DNA of 64,000 nt from Lama glama (taxonomy: Eukaryota), in the NCBI GenBank assembly GCA_028534125.1, contig CM052818.1, forward strand, positions 16,990,001 to 17,054,000, given 5' to 3'. Numbering within the stretch: position 1 is the first letter of the stretch; every line of letters begins with the position of its first letter. The translations under genes and the position numbers were made by a program. Under the pieces are notes generated by a model. That model was not told the origin of the DNA. It saw nothing but the letters and a program-made list of their open reading frames with translations, and made no database searches. Of this stretch, positions 52,438 to 64,000 are shown in pieces.

Positions 52438-53190
52438 AGATGCAAATGAGAGATGGTCACAATATATAAGCCAGTAGGAAAATGCAAATTAAAGCCACAG
52501 TGAGATATATCTACTAAGATGGCAGTAATCAGAAAGACACATTATAAAAGTATCGGTGAAGATGAGAAATGGGAACCCTCACACATTACTGGTGGTAATG
52601 TGAAACTTTGGAAAACTGGCACTTTCTTAACATGTCAAACATAGATTTAATGTATGACTCGGTAATTCTGCTCCTGGGTACCTACCCAAGAGAAATAAAA
52701 ATATGGCCACACAAAAACTAGTACATAGATGTTTAAGGCATAGCAGCATTATTTATAATACGAAAAAGTAGAAACAAGTCAAATGTCCATCAACTGGGAG
52801 ATAGATAAGCAAGAATGTAATATATCCATTCAATGGACTAGTATTGTGTTCCACATGCTGCCTGCTACAACATGGACTGACCTCAGAAACTTAACACTAA
52901 GTGAAAGAAGTCAGACACAAATGCCCATACATTAATATGATGCCATATGAGCTGTCCAGAAAAGGCAAATCAATAGAGACAAAAAAATTAGTGGTTGCCA
53001 GGGTTGGCCTGGGGGCTGGAACAGGGAGTAACTGCAAGTAGGCACAAGGTTTCTTTTTTGGTGCAATGGAAATGTAGAAATTAGGTTGTGGTGGTGGTTG
53101 CATATTGTAAATTTCCCCAAACTTGCCGGATTGTACATTTGAAATGAATGAATTTATGATGTGTAAACAATACTTCAAAAAATCCATTAA
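52438..53190 (+). mobile_element. L1MB-like ORF2 end and 3' UTR
   Basis: 'gaaaatgcaaattaaagccacagtgagata', 'gggtacctacccaagagaaataaaaa', 'aagtgaaagaagtcagacacaa', 'ttagtggttgccaggg'. Confidence 0.85.
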
Positions 53191-53493
53191 ACATTTTGTT
53201 AAAGATTCAAATGAGGCAAAACCGTGAATCTAGAAACCTGGAGGTAAAAGATAGCAACATACCAGGGAAGTCTTTCAACTGATAGCCCAGCCTAGAAGTG
53301 TCTTCAGGAAAACCCTCCATTACTTCAGGCTGCAATACTTGACCTCTCACCACGAAGCAACGCATAATGATCCTACATTAATAATATGCTCATTTTAATG
53401 GGGTTTATTACGCATAGACTGTTAGGGTTTGTTGTTTCAGTTCAACTCTGGGTAGACTATTGCTGTGTAGGGCTTGTTTTAACAGAGGTTAAT

Positions 53494-53585
53494 GGGGTGA
53501 GTGAGTATAGCTCAGTAGTAGAGAGCTTGCTTAGCATGTATGAGGTCCTGGGTTCCATCCCCAGTACCCCCATTAAAAAAAAAGA
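53494..53585 (+). mobile_element. tRNA-derived SINE, camelid Vic-1-like
   Basis: Pol III A-box 'tagctcagtagta', B-box 'ggttccatcc', body 'gcttagcatgtatgaggtcctgggtt..ccccagtacc', A-tail; degenerate TSD 'acagaggttaat' versus 'accaggagttaat' near 53776-53788. Confidence 0.8.
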
Positions 53586-53594
53586 GATTAAAAA

Positions 53595-53747
53595 TTTTTT
53601 TAATTGAGTTATAGTCATTTTACATTGTTGTGTCAATTTCCAGTGTAGAGCACAATTTTTCAGTTATACATGAACATACATATATTCGTTGTCCCATTTT
53701 TTTTTTTTGCTGTGAGCTACCACAAGATCTTGTATATATTTCCCTGT
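53595..53747 (-). mobile_element. Young L1 3' end nested in the SINE tail
   Basis: 'ttttaattgagttatagtcattttacattgttgtgtcaatttccagtgtagagcacaatttttcag..tttccctgt', colinear with the 18351-18500 copy. Confidence 0.8.
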
Positions 53748-55176
53748 AAAAAAATTTGTTTTAATTAAAAAAAAAACCAGGAGTTAATTAGGACCAAAAA
53801 TTGTCCTTGTTTATTTAATGTTCCGAAGCCCCAGCACAAACCCTACTAATCCTATCACTGTGAGTGACGGAAGAAAGAAGGAGGGAGTTAGGGAAGGAGG
53901 GGGAATGGAAGAGAACATGTTTGTCAGCAGGTTCACGTTCTTTACTTCATATCATAGAGATAGTTTTCCTCCAGAAAAGTTCTTATTGGTAAGGAGTCAA
54001 CTATTATTTTCTAACATGGTCAGAGGTATTCTCTACAGGAGAGAATTCCTATGTCCATGCACAACGTGGAGATCACTCACTTCAAATGAATTAAAAATAA
54101 AATAAGCCTAATAATAAAATGCAGAATTACTTACTTTTACCATGATCTAATTCCCAGGAATGAGAGTGTTTGGGGATCATTATTATGGATATTAATTAGT
54201 TTCTTACCAGTTATTGAAACAAGCTGTGGTTAAAAGATGTATTTTGAGATCCAGGTAATAAAGTTTACTATAATGTAATTCACTAGATACCAGAAGCCAC
54301 AGAAAAACGGGCTCCTATTGTGCAGTTTTTCTACCACTTAAAATTAATTCCAAAGTGTTGGTTGACATGAGTTGCCCATTACTTATTCTTATACTTCTTT
54401 TTGATCTTCGAATATTCAGGATCTTAAAATTTTAAGTTAGTGCTTAAGATAACTTTGTACTTCTTGACTGACATTTTTATTTTAAAAGTCAGCAGTTAAA
54501 AACACAGTGAGGGTTTTTTAAAATAGACTACGAGAGACTGGTTTCTGTTTGTTGGTTTGTTTTAATAGCTTATATTAGCAAGTGTTTTATCACCTGAATT
54601 ACAGTGAGGTGCAAAGAAAACTCCTAGGTTTCATTGTCTGGCATTTGGAGAGGCGCCTGTTTTTCTGCTTGTTTGGGTATGCCTATAATGAGCTCACACA
54701 GCGTTTGTTTTCCTGACCTCTGGAGTGAAAAAGCAACCTGACATTAAAGATGGGGAAAACACTGGGCTGCCGCCTATAGGTTTATTGGTGTGTTTGCTGT
54801 CATAGTAATTGTTTGGAAGCACTTCAATTTGATGTTTAAATTTCCGAGCAGGTTGTTGTGAGGATCCACAGGAAAAGAGCATAGAACCGGAAAGCGAACC
54901 TTCCTTTGAGAACCGTGTTGACATCTGCACAAAAAAATGTGCTGTGTTATCACACGACCTCAGGTGCTGTACACTGCGTGCTCTCACTGAAATCATATTT
55001 TACCTTATATACATATGCTTTTTATGTATATAAAGCAATGACAAGAAGATCCGGCATCACAAAGCAGGGGCCTCATACTCAGGATATTTTCTTTTGTTAG
55101 AACCACTTTCCTAACTCCTTTACAAAATAGCTTAAATAAAACCAATGTTCTCAGTAATTATCACAGTAGATATTTA

Positions 55177-55296
55177 TAGCCGTCTGTTGGTATCCATGCA
55201 GGATTGGTTCCAGGACCCCTTGTGGATACCAAAATCTGTAGATGCTCATGCCCCTTATATAAAATGGCGTGTTCTGTATGTCACATCCACACACCC
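55177..55296 (+). mobile_element. MER2 (Tigger-derived) left end
   Basis: 'ggtatccatgcaggattggttccaggacccc..ggataccaaaatctgtagatgctca..cccttatataaaatggcgt' matches the recalled MER2 start. Confidence 0.8.
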
Positions 55297-56239
55297 TGCG
55301 GACAGTGCACAATTGAGGCAGTCCTTCCGATTCCTCAGGAAGAAAAGCATTTCTGACTGGAGTTGGTAAAACTGGGAGACAGGAACAGCTGCAGGATAAA
55401 TATAAATGTTGCAAGTGTCCTCTTTATTTTAAAATGGATTTAGGCCACTTTTGGTTGTTAGAGAGAAGGTAGTTGACCACAGCTGATTCACTATTCTTCA
55501 TTTTGGGGACAGAGCAAGGGCAGGGATGACCTTCCATCAAACAAATAAGTCCCTAATCAGAGAAACCTATATTGTGTGTCTGGAAGAGTTCTAGGGAGTC
55601 AATAAAAAGCCTTGCTCTGGAAGAATTATCTTCTAGTATAAGAATTTCAGATAGTAGTATATTAATCCATTTTACTTTGATTGCACTTATTCTTCCTATG
55701 AATCAAGTAATGCAGTGTGTATTAGTAGTCCCATTGGACATGATTTAAGACATTTAAATAACTTAGCCAAAAGCACAACATCATTGGCTGAAGCAGAAGC
55801 AGATCCCGCCCCCCTGCCATCCCCAGGAAAGTCTGACACGGAAAAAAACAAAACCAATCTATCAAGTAAATGAATGAGCAGATTTCTGTAAACAGAAATT
55901 TCTAATTTAACTCTCTTACCTTAAAATTCAGCACTCCTCAGTTGCATCTGCTTCTATGAAGTTTTAGGAGTTGTAAAATATTGTTTGCAAAGAGAGGAAA
56001 CCAAATTGTAATCTGGAAATATTTCTATGTTAAAGTTTCAGTAAATACCTAAAGAAACCTCAGAAGAAAAAGATCTGGCATATTCAGAAATCAGTTCTGA
56101 CTTCTTTGTGTACGTACCTAATTTTGTATTTTTTCCCTTGAAAGAAGACCCTCCCATTCATATACAATTCAAATTATCCAAAATTTGAATACACTTCAAT
56201 TATTCGTCAGTTTTATAGGTGGATGAAGGAAAAATAAAG

Positions 56240-56795
56240 ACTTTCAGACAGAATGGGAGTTAAATTAAGCTGAATTCATTGCAGGGAAAACCTGACCCAG
56301 CCCAAAGGATTTGGGATTTGAGGAAGGGAAACCTTCAGTAGACTGGCAAGGAATACTCAGGGCCCATGAGTTGTGAGGATGCACATGGATATACATTTGT
56401 ACAAGAGTGAGCAGCCCTGGAGAAGATGGTCTCAGCCACCCAAGGTAAAGGTGGGTTACAGAGATCAGGGCCCAAGATCCCATAGGCAAGTGGATTGGTT
56501 TGTTTAAACAAGTCCTTGGCTTCTCACTTCAGCATGATAAGTTACAGTGGAAATGAGTAGGAGTGAAGGCAGGCTGTTTGATGAACCCAAGTCCATGGGG
56601 AGTTTTCATGAGCTTTGTTGGTCCGTTAAGTCTGTTGGTTAGGTACAGTTGGAGTATACTTGAATTGCCAACCATAAAGGATTGTAAATTGCCATTGACC
56701 TATCTTTCCGGTATTTCTGGGGAATTTTAGAAGGGGTTGGCTCAGGCACCACCTTTTGAGGTCCAGATCACTTGGTGTCTTGCCGTCTCTCACAC
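56240..56795. mobile_element. Possible old ERV LTR remnant
   Basis: GC-richer block containing 'ggattggtttgtttaaacaa', reminiscent of old ERVL-type LTRs; family uncertain. Confidence 0.3.
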
Positions 56796-57274
56796 CCTCT
56801 AAATACAGGGTCAAGCAGAGGACAAGTCCAGGATGAATGATCTTTATCAGTGTGATAACCAAAGTGAATCCCATGTGATAGAGAAGGATGCTTACAAATG
56901 CATGTTTTATATACTCTGCTTTAAATTTTGGCAGCCTGGGTAAAAGCATAACTCCTAAATAGTTATCTCTCTGCTAAAGGATTTTCCCTGACAAAAGCAC
57001 GATGGAAAATACATCCCACTAATGATCTCATCTGTAGCTTCTCAGCATTTCCAACTGTTAAACATTGTTAAAAAAAAAAAAATACAGCGTTGTGTGAAAG
57101 AGGAGAGGGTCTCCGTAGGAGGTTTTCTGTTATGTCATTGTTGGCAGTTGAGTCTCTGCAGAACCCAGTATGGTTTGGCATCTCTTTGGCTTGACTTGTA
57201 AAAGGGAGCTATTTATGTAGAATAATTCATGCACATGGCAAAATGAGTCTAAATTAATCATTTAATATTATTAA

Positions 57275-58010
57275 CTTTCTTGGTTTTAAAAAATGCTCAT
57301 TATAGAAAATTTGGAAGCTATAGAAAGATTTAAAGAAAAAAAACCCACACTTTTTTATAAAACAGAAATGGTAACATTCCTAGTGTATTTTCTTTCAGAA
57401 ATGCCTTTATATGTATATGTATATCATATATATATATACACACAATGTAATTATAGTCATACAGTTTATAATACAATTTGTGTCAGCTTTTTTGTTTAGT
57501 TTTATGTGCAGAGTATCTTCTGCCATCTTTAGAATCCAAAACATGATTCTTAATGACTCAAAATCTTCCATCCTAATTTTCTTTCATAAATTTTGTTAAC
57601 ATCTTTCAATAATTGGATATTTTAATTGTTTATAATTTTTCCTGAATTTTAGGGCTGTAATGGGCATCTAGTATACAAACTTCTGTTTATGTTTCTGATT
57701 TTTTTTTCTCAGATGTGTTATTTAGGAGCACAATGATTAGGATAAGGGTAGAACTCTTCTTTGAGTCTTTAAATAAATTGCCAGTGTATGTTCCCCATGG
57801 TTTGTACCACTTTGCATTTCCACTATTTAGGATATGGAGTGCTTGTTTTATCACACCCAACCAGGATTAAATGTTGTACGTTTCTATTTTGTTTTTCTGT
57901 GCATTTTTGAATACTTGTAAAGTTTATAATTTTTAATAGATTTATTGATCATTAATTTTTAATTTCATGGAGTATTTATTCATTTTCTTTACCTATTTTT
58001 CTGTTGGAGG
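57275..58010 (-). mobile_element. L1ME-like 3' region
   Basis: 'gctcattatagaaaatttggaa', 'ttgtaccactttgcatttcccac', 'tacctatttttctgttgg'. Confidence 0.65.
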
Positions 58011-59179
58011 GCCAAGAAATTTTTCTGGACTGGTTTTAACAATGTTAAAAGCTTTATACCTTACATATGTATTCTGAACACCTACAACAAGAAATATGAG
58101 GCTCTCCAAACTGGCTAATAAGTGAAATAATTTGTTTTCTACTCTGGACTACTACCTACAAGTTTCCACTTTTTTTCTTCTTTAGAAAATGACCTAAGCA
58201 AACATGTCTAAAATTGAGATGTGTTTGATAGATATAACTTGTTTAGCAAGTAATTATTTGAGAAGACTTCCCATTGCATAGATATTTTGTAGAGAAACAT
58301 TAAAACAGGATGTCCAGATGGAATAACATTCTCCCAAAGAATGTAATGCTTGACCTTGAATTGGTCTTCTACATCCTCATTTGAAATTTTCTTTTGATAA
58401 AGAAATACTCTATATTCACATCATTGTCTTTCTACCTTTCTGCGTCTCTCCTGTCCTTTCCCTCCTCTTCACCTCAGGGATCATATGAGGAAAGAAATCA
58501 TGTAATAAAGGGTATAAAATATAGAAGAGGGGAAAATTGTGTAATAAAGGGTGTAACATACTAGAAAAGATCAGAGGAGGAATGGCTTAAATAAGGAAGG
58601 ATTCTTGTGGTAGGACTTGAGGTGATTCTAGAAATATGTGGCTAGTGGAACAGGTCAGAGAAAGAAAGGAAAATAAAAGTATAGAGTCAGAAACAATTAC
58701 GGCATTTGAGGAATAATAAGAACACTGAGATTTTCCTCGTTGAGCAGTTGAACCTAGTTTGTGTCACTAGTGTGAAAAGAGATGGTTGAGTTTTGGCTCC
58801 CTTTTGTCCTCCCCTGGAAAGATCTCAGATCTGCAGCCAAAGAGCTGGCGCTCCTTAGTTTGATCTCACATATCACAGTGTGCTTATGAAATTTGGAAAA
58901 CCATCTAAGGAATTTCAAACTTTCTGAATACAAAATGCCATTTTCTTTATCAGCTAGAAGTCACCCTCGTCACTAAACAAATTGGCCAATTTCAAAGTAT
59001 TCCCTGCCTTTAACTTGTTACTTATGCAGCATCTGGCTGGGACACAGTGCTTCTGGTTGCAGGAAAGTTCCAAGGACTCCAGCTGGCTAATTTCAGTGTG
59101 AGAAGAAAGTCTGCCATCAAAATAAAATAGCTGCCTGCCACCTGTTTTTGTCCCGATTCTTTTCTGGTACGTCTCCATT

Positions 59180-59500
59180 CTCATAGTTTCTAGAATTTGC
59201 CAAGCTCTTCTGACCTCAGAACTTTCTAGATATCTCCATAGACATCTAGAATGCTTACTCTTTGCCATTTCCACCTGCCTTAACTCATACTCTTTCTTCA
59301 GGTCCCAGCAACTGAAATGTTCCTCTTCAGGGAATCCCTTCCCAAGTTCCAGTTGAGTATCTTCCTTCAAGGCACATTTCAGTCTTCCTTCCTGGGTGGC
59401 ACTTTGTACAAATACAATTGAATGACTAGTTTAATGTGTGATTTGTAATGTGAGATTAGTATTTAATGTGTGATAAGTCTTCCCTCCTTAGATAGTCATG
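59180..59500 (+). mobile_element. L2 3' fragment
   Basis: 'tgcctggaatgc'-like 'catctagaatgcttactc' and 'aactcatactctttcttcaggtcccag..aaatgttcctcttcagggaatcccttcc'. Confidence 0.6.
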
Positions 59501-59710
59501 TAAATATAAATCATTCCTGATCTCACATTCAAATAGTAGCTTTCCTTTAGCTCTATAATCAAATTTTATTTTTAATTTTAGGCAAAGTAAAGCTTAAAAG
59601 GGTCATAGAGAATAATGATAGAAAGTTCCATTTAGATTTCAAAATAGCTTATATGGTTAGTTTTTAGTTCTTGTGCCCATGTGCAACATGCAAATTAGGT
59701 AATTCTGCAG

Positions 59711-59945
59711 AATTCAGTCAACAGATGGTTGTTGAATGTCTCCTAGGTTCTGGGCGCTGTCCCAGTCCCTGAGATGCAGTGGTAGACAACCATCATGACA
59801 ACAACAACTGAAATGTCCTGCTCTCATGGAGCTCACACTTTAGTGGGACTAGTGGAAATAAATAGATAAAGAAAGAAATATTTCATAACTTATGTAATGA
59901 TTCATGCTATATATAAAGAAAAATCCAGCCCAGTAAAGAGATGCA
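59711..59945 (-). mobile_element. L2 3' tail
   Basis: 'attcagtcaacagatggttgttgaatgtctcctagg..ctgggcgctgt..cctgctctcatggagctcacactttagtggg'. Confidence 0.75.
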
Positions 59946-60974
59946 GATGTTGTTAATTCCAGAGGAGGCACCTTGTTATTTTTTAATAATTCCTGTATAA
60001 TTTATTTTTTCTTAGACATGAAAATTAGAGACACTTTTATATACAGCTGATAGAAAAATATTGCTTTCTGGAATGTGGCTTTGAGTATTTATTTCAGGTC
60101 ACATTTGGAATGTACGTGTATTTGACATGTTGTTTTAATATTAAAAACCAAGAAATTTCTGTAGCTATGCTTTTAAAAAGAAAAATTATACTTAACAAAC
60201 CTGTAGATGCTCCCCAGCATCCTGAATTGGCTTAAATTGCAACATTTTCATTTTCTGAGTTAATGTGTTAAGTGCTGGACCTCAGTAGCAAAATTGCAGA
60301 AAGAAGGTGACTATTTGCACTTTCAGTGTAATTTTATGGTCCCTCAGGGTTGTTACTGATGAGTAATATCAAAGAATTATTTTCCTTCAACCTGGGGGAT
60401 AGACTAAATAAAGGGATGGAACTTAGAGGAAAGAATGTCCTCCACTGAGCTGGTAAAGAAAATTTCATTCCATCCCATACATTTATGAGACTGAAGTTGA
60501 TACCCATCTGTTAGGATGGTTTAGTCCTTACTTTCTGTCTGTAGGGTCATGGAGATTAGCCATTTGGGGGCTGCTTGTCTCTTTCCAGAATTAGTATTAT
60601 TGTTGTTGTTATTTATTGCTTTTGATAGTCTCTTCTGGAATTTATAGGTATTATTCCTTTCCATAGATAGAATTTTAAAATAGTGTAGCTTGCTGGCTAT
60701 CAATATGAATGTATGTCTAGTGAAAAAGATATTTTTTATATCTGAAAGATACAAAAGAGATGAAGAATAAATATTTTTCTTACCAATTCAGTTACTTAGC
60801 AAAATTAGAACAGAAGGCTGAAGAGGCAAGGGAAAAGTATTGATGGGATTTACTCTAAAATCTTTGTGTTTATAAAATTAATGTCAATGTTTAAATCATT
60901 AGGATTTTGTACCTGCATAAAGGTTTTAGGAATATGAAAAGCTTATCCAAACATTGTAAAATACTGGCCTTGTG

Positions 60975-61670
60975 TAAGATTTACATAAAGAAAATAATAT
61001 AACTTTACTGAAGGATAAAAACCAGAGCCCAAATAAGTGGTAAAACAAACCATGTGTCCTTGGATAGGATGATTCAAGCTTTAAACTACATGATAGATTT
61101 AGGGCAACTTAACTCATAATCTTAATTTTGGGAGAGGGGTTGGAGACTTGATAAATTCATTCTGAAGTTACTGTGCAAGCATAAATTTGCATAAACATCT
61201 AAAATTTTTTTGAGAAGGATAATCATTTGAGTAGGTTACCAACATGATATTAAAACGTACTATGAAATGACTATAATTAAAGCAGTCTGGTTCTGGCACA
61301 GAAACAGACAAACAGATACATGGTGGGGGAAATGAAATCGAGAAATGGATCGAGTATGTATGGAGTTTAGTGTATGATAATGTAGTGTTTAAAAACTGTG
61401 AAGAAAGGAAGCAATATTTAATAGATAGTGTTGAAGGAGCTGGCTGTATATGTGGGAAATAAAGTAAAATTAGGTACCACTCATATATCATTTATATAAA
61501 TAAACTATGAAGGGATTTCATATTATAGAAATACTACAGGAAAAGAGAGAAAAATATCTTTATAATTTTGGGCGTAAGGTATGTTTTCCTAATCAAGAAA
61601 TCAAAGCAGATTTTCCCGAAGTAAAATTCGGATGGAATTGGTTTTATAAGATTAAAAAACAAACAAACAA
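60975..61670 (+). mobile_element. Old L1 ORF2 remnant, fully decayed
   Basis: 'aactttactgaagga..aaataagtgg..ttggatagga' and 'ataattaaagcagtctggttctggcacagaaacagacaaacagat' (the L1 ORF2 'IKTVWYWH..RQID' region); many stops and frameshifts. Confidence 0.7.
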
Positions 61671-61694
61671 AAATTGTGTGCCAGGAAAACTGGA

Positions 61695-61895
61695 TGACAT
61701 TTGTGGCCAGACACTATGTTAATTTTATAAGCATCGACTCATTAACCTCTGGGTAAATATTACTTTTACCCATGTTTTAGAGAGGAGGAACTGGAGAATT
61801 TAAACCATCTGCCCCCAATTACAAAGTTAGCGAGCGATGGAGTGGTGACTTGTCTATCAGGGTTCTAGAGCCTGGGCTCGTAACCACGTCACTGG
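61695..61895 (-). mobile_element. MIR SINE remnant
   Basis: 'gccagacactatg..cccatgttttagagaggaggaactggag..ctgcccccaattacaaagttag..ctagagcctgggctcgtaaccac'. Confidence 0.6.
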
Positions 61896-62384
61896 GAACA
61901 AAGTCAAAAGAAAATGTATTAGGCACTGTATTCATTTGCACTTAAATTCATTCTACAAGAAAAGTTGGCATTCACATAGTATCTTTAAAGAGTATCTATT
62001 ATTTTACATATGTTCAAAATAGTAGTTTTAAAGAATCTAAAGGCTCTTTGTAATGTTCTTTAATCATGTTTAATGCAACTTACTAGAATATATCTCAAAA
62101 TTAAATAGAATATAACTTTGCTTTGCTTCTTCAAATCATTACCAATATCCTCCTTGGCATATAGTGCAAAGTAAACCCTTTTTACATGAGGGCTTTTTAC
62201 TCACAAATGCTTGCCTATTTGATAGGGAATAAGAATAAAGTATCTAGTGATGGACCGTCCGTCTGTCTCCACCCTCCTTCTGAACTAAACCTGGATAGCT
62301 TTCCAAATGCTTAACTCTTCTTATTTTTACAATGAAATCATTACTTTTGTTTTAGGACTGCATTGTTCAAAAGTATAATATTAT

Positions 62385-62770
62385 AAAATATGATACACTC
62401 ATACAATGAAATATTATTTGGAATATATTAAAAGAGTGATGTTCTGAATGAATCTGAAAGCATGACGTCAAATGAAGGAAGCCCATACAGAAGGCTGCAT
62501 GTTATATGATTCCATTTGTAAGAAGCCTACAGGATAGGCGAACCATAGGGATAGAAAGTAAGTTGGTGGTTGCCAGGGGCTGGGGTGGGGGGGAGGTGAA
62601 ACGAGGACTGGTTGCTAAGGAGCATGGATTTTCTTTTTGAGGTGATAAAAATATTCTGGAATTAGATGATGATGATATTTGCACAACTTTGTAAATATGA
62701 TAAAAACCAGTGAAATGTATACTTTAAGGGGTAAATTATATGGTACCTGAATTGTATCTCATTAAAAAAG
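62385..62770 (+). mobile_element. L1MB-like 3' UTR
   Basis: 'atacaatgaaatattatt', 'tatatgattccattt', 'gtggttgccaggggctgggg', 'ggtgataaaaatattctggaattagat', and end 'attgtatctcattaaaaaa'. Confidence 0.85.
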
Positions 62771-63039
62771 ACCTCAACTGGAAAAAAAAAAAGCAATATT
62801 CACAGCAAAAGTGTGAGGTGCAACTGTTGTCCCTTAATTTGTGCCGGTCAGTAATTCATGATTCACTGTCGGCTGGATATCCCTGATAAAGGTATCAGGA
62901 ATGCCCCCCCCCTTTGTCAAAGCCTCATACCATCTTAGTTCAAGTCAAATTTCTTGAATTGTTTGACTTCTCACTTCAAAATGTTCACCCATTTCCACCC
63001 CCTCACCTGGAGTACCATTCCGCAAATCTTCCAGATTTC

Positions 63040-63280
63040 AAATCTGCCATCCTTCAAGATGTCATCCAAGGTTTACCTTCTTTATGAAACGTATCTCAAC
63101 ACTTTTGAAATATCCTCTTCTTACAAATTCCCCTGGCCTATTACATGCCTCGTATCCTCCTTGCATTTTGGACATCTTATAAGACAGATCTCTGTCTAAT
63201 TCAACATTGTTTCCCTCATAGCAATTAATATAATGCCTGACACATAGTAAGTCTTTAATATGTTTCTTTAATTAATGATT
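63040..63280 (+). mobile_element. L2 3' tail
   Basis: 'ccatccttcaag' and tail 'aatgcctgacacatagtaagtctttaatatgttt'. Confidence 0.6.
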
Positions 63281-63514
63281 TAATTATTTCCTTGGGGCTT
63301 CTGTGATTTATTTTGCGAACAACACATTCTAAAATGATGCTTGAGACTTAAGGCTTTGAAATGCACCAATTTAAAAAAATCTGTTCCCCCTGGAAAGTTT
63401 ATTTAGTCCTTTGTAAATGTACATACAGATCTTGATTCATGGAAGTGTTTCTTTGACAGTCTTGGGGATTGCATACGTATACATGCGTAAACAGGTATAA
63501 AGAGGGAATGTGGT

Positions 63515-63990
63515 TTTCAGAGAGCAGAACAAGACAGCATTGAGAAGGCGACGCACAGATGCAAGAACTCAGTGGCTGTCAGGGAGATCTCTGCAGGCAA
63601 CACCTGCAGCAGCATCCAAAAGTGCTTTGAAGGCTTGCAGTGGTTATTCTGCTGAATAACAGAATATCCACAGAGCCAAGGTCTGTGACCTTGAGCACAG
63701 CAGATCTTTTCTGCTGAATATGATCTTACTCCAAGTGAAGGCAAATTATTCTTCCCAGTCGCCAAGAAAACCTCAAAGCTTTCAAACCACTTTGCTCTAA
63801 GAGATGTCTCAAATCTGCTAGGGCAGCCCACAGAACACAAGGACCACAGGATGGACGTGAATTGCTTGGAAGCACAAAACTTTCCGTTTTGTACAGAATT
63901 CTGATGTGTCTAGGTTGTATGCCAAGTGAAAAAGGACTTTGACCTGAAGTAGGAAAGACTGACGGGCTGCTTCTGTGCCTTCCTTGAATC
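63515..63990 (+). mobile_element. Possible MaLR (MLT) internal-region remnant
   Basis: 'ggagatctct..aaaagtgctttgaaggcttgcagtggttattctgctgaataacagaata' loosely resembles recalled MLT-int sequence. Confidence 0.3.
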
Positions 63991-64000
63991 TGAGCTGGAA

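Noticed and set aside
53494..53570. tRNA gene
   Set aside because: It has A and B boxes, but the A-tail, TSD and lack of a clean acceptor stem indicate a SINE.
16487..53747. All younger L1 fragments are on the minus strand, hinting at a plus-strand transcription unit
   Set aside because: Only four copies, and older L1s occur in both orientations, so the bias is not meaningful.
58485..58566. Degenerate ~39-bp tandem duplication (tgtaataaagggt x2); similar short doublets at about 338-365 and 29769-29803
   Set aside because: Two-copy slippage-type duplications with no spacer architecture; not CRISPR-like and no evident function.
12169..61192. Multiple octamer (ATGCAAAT) motifs
   Set aside because: Several are expected by chance in AT-rich 64 kb, some lie inside L1 remnants, and they are not clustered.
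40761..63660. Speculative spliced ORF joining 40761-40794, 54852-54963 and 63521 onward in compatible phases (about 95 aa)
   Set aside because: The acceptors at 54851 and 63520 have poor pyrimidine tracts, the 54963 donor is weak, the peptide is unrecognisable, phase compatibility arises often by chance, and the last part may be MaLR-derived.
1..64000. Prokaryotic-type systems (operons, CRISPR arrays, defence islands), rRNA or snRNA genes, processed pseudogenes
   Set aside because: The sequence is mammalian repeat-rich non-coding DNA with no long ORFs, repeat-spacer arrays, or recognisable RNA-gene or retrocopy homology.

Overview
This is AT-rich, CpG-depleted mammalian genomic DNA, most likely from a camelid (alpaca, llama or camel). 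That call rests on a tRNA-derived SINE at 53494 that matches the camelid Vic-1 type as I recall it, plus three short copies of a young L1 3' end. I can support no protein-coding exon and no gene symbol. The ORF track looks like chance ORFs, ORFs inside repeats, or ORFs read through a 500-N assembly gap (6208-6707). The gap abuts the GC/CpG-rich shoulder of what is probably a CpG-island promoter, so the informative first exon(s) are probably hidden in it. The rest is intronic or intergenic sequence layered with old repeats (L2, MIR, MER5, MER20, Charlie1, MER2, MLT1, MLT2, MER21, L1M) and younger ones (L1 3' ends, an ERV1-type solo LTR, the SINE). The best-supported observations are retrotransposition footprints: a candidate L1 3' transduction with target-site duplication (TSD) at 42157-42364, a twin-priming 5' inversion inside a MER21 LTR at 16475-17156, several nested insertions, and an unexplained ~820-bp insert splitting an L2. 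Weaker signals are regulatory or splicing candidates: an IRF-E plus GAS cluster, a TATA plus CpG patch, and non-coding exon candidates. I see no new multi-gene biological system. Repeat family names come from recalled consensus sequences, not from a search, and old-repeat boundaries are approximate.
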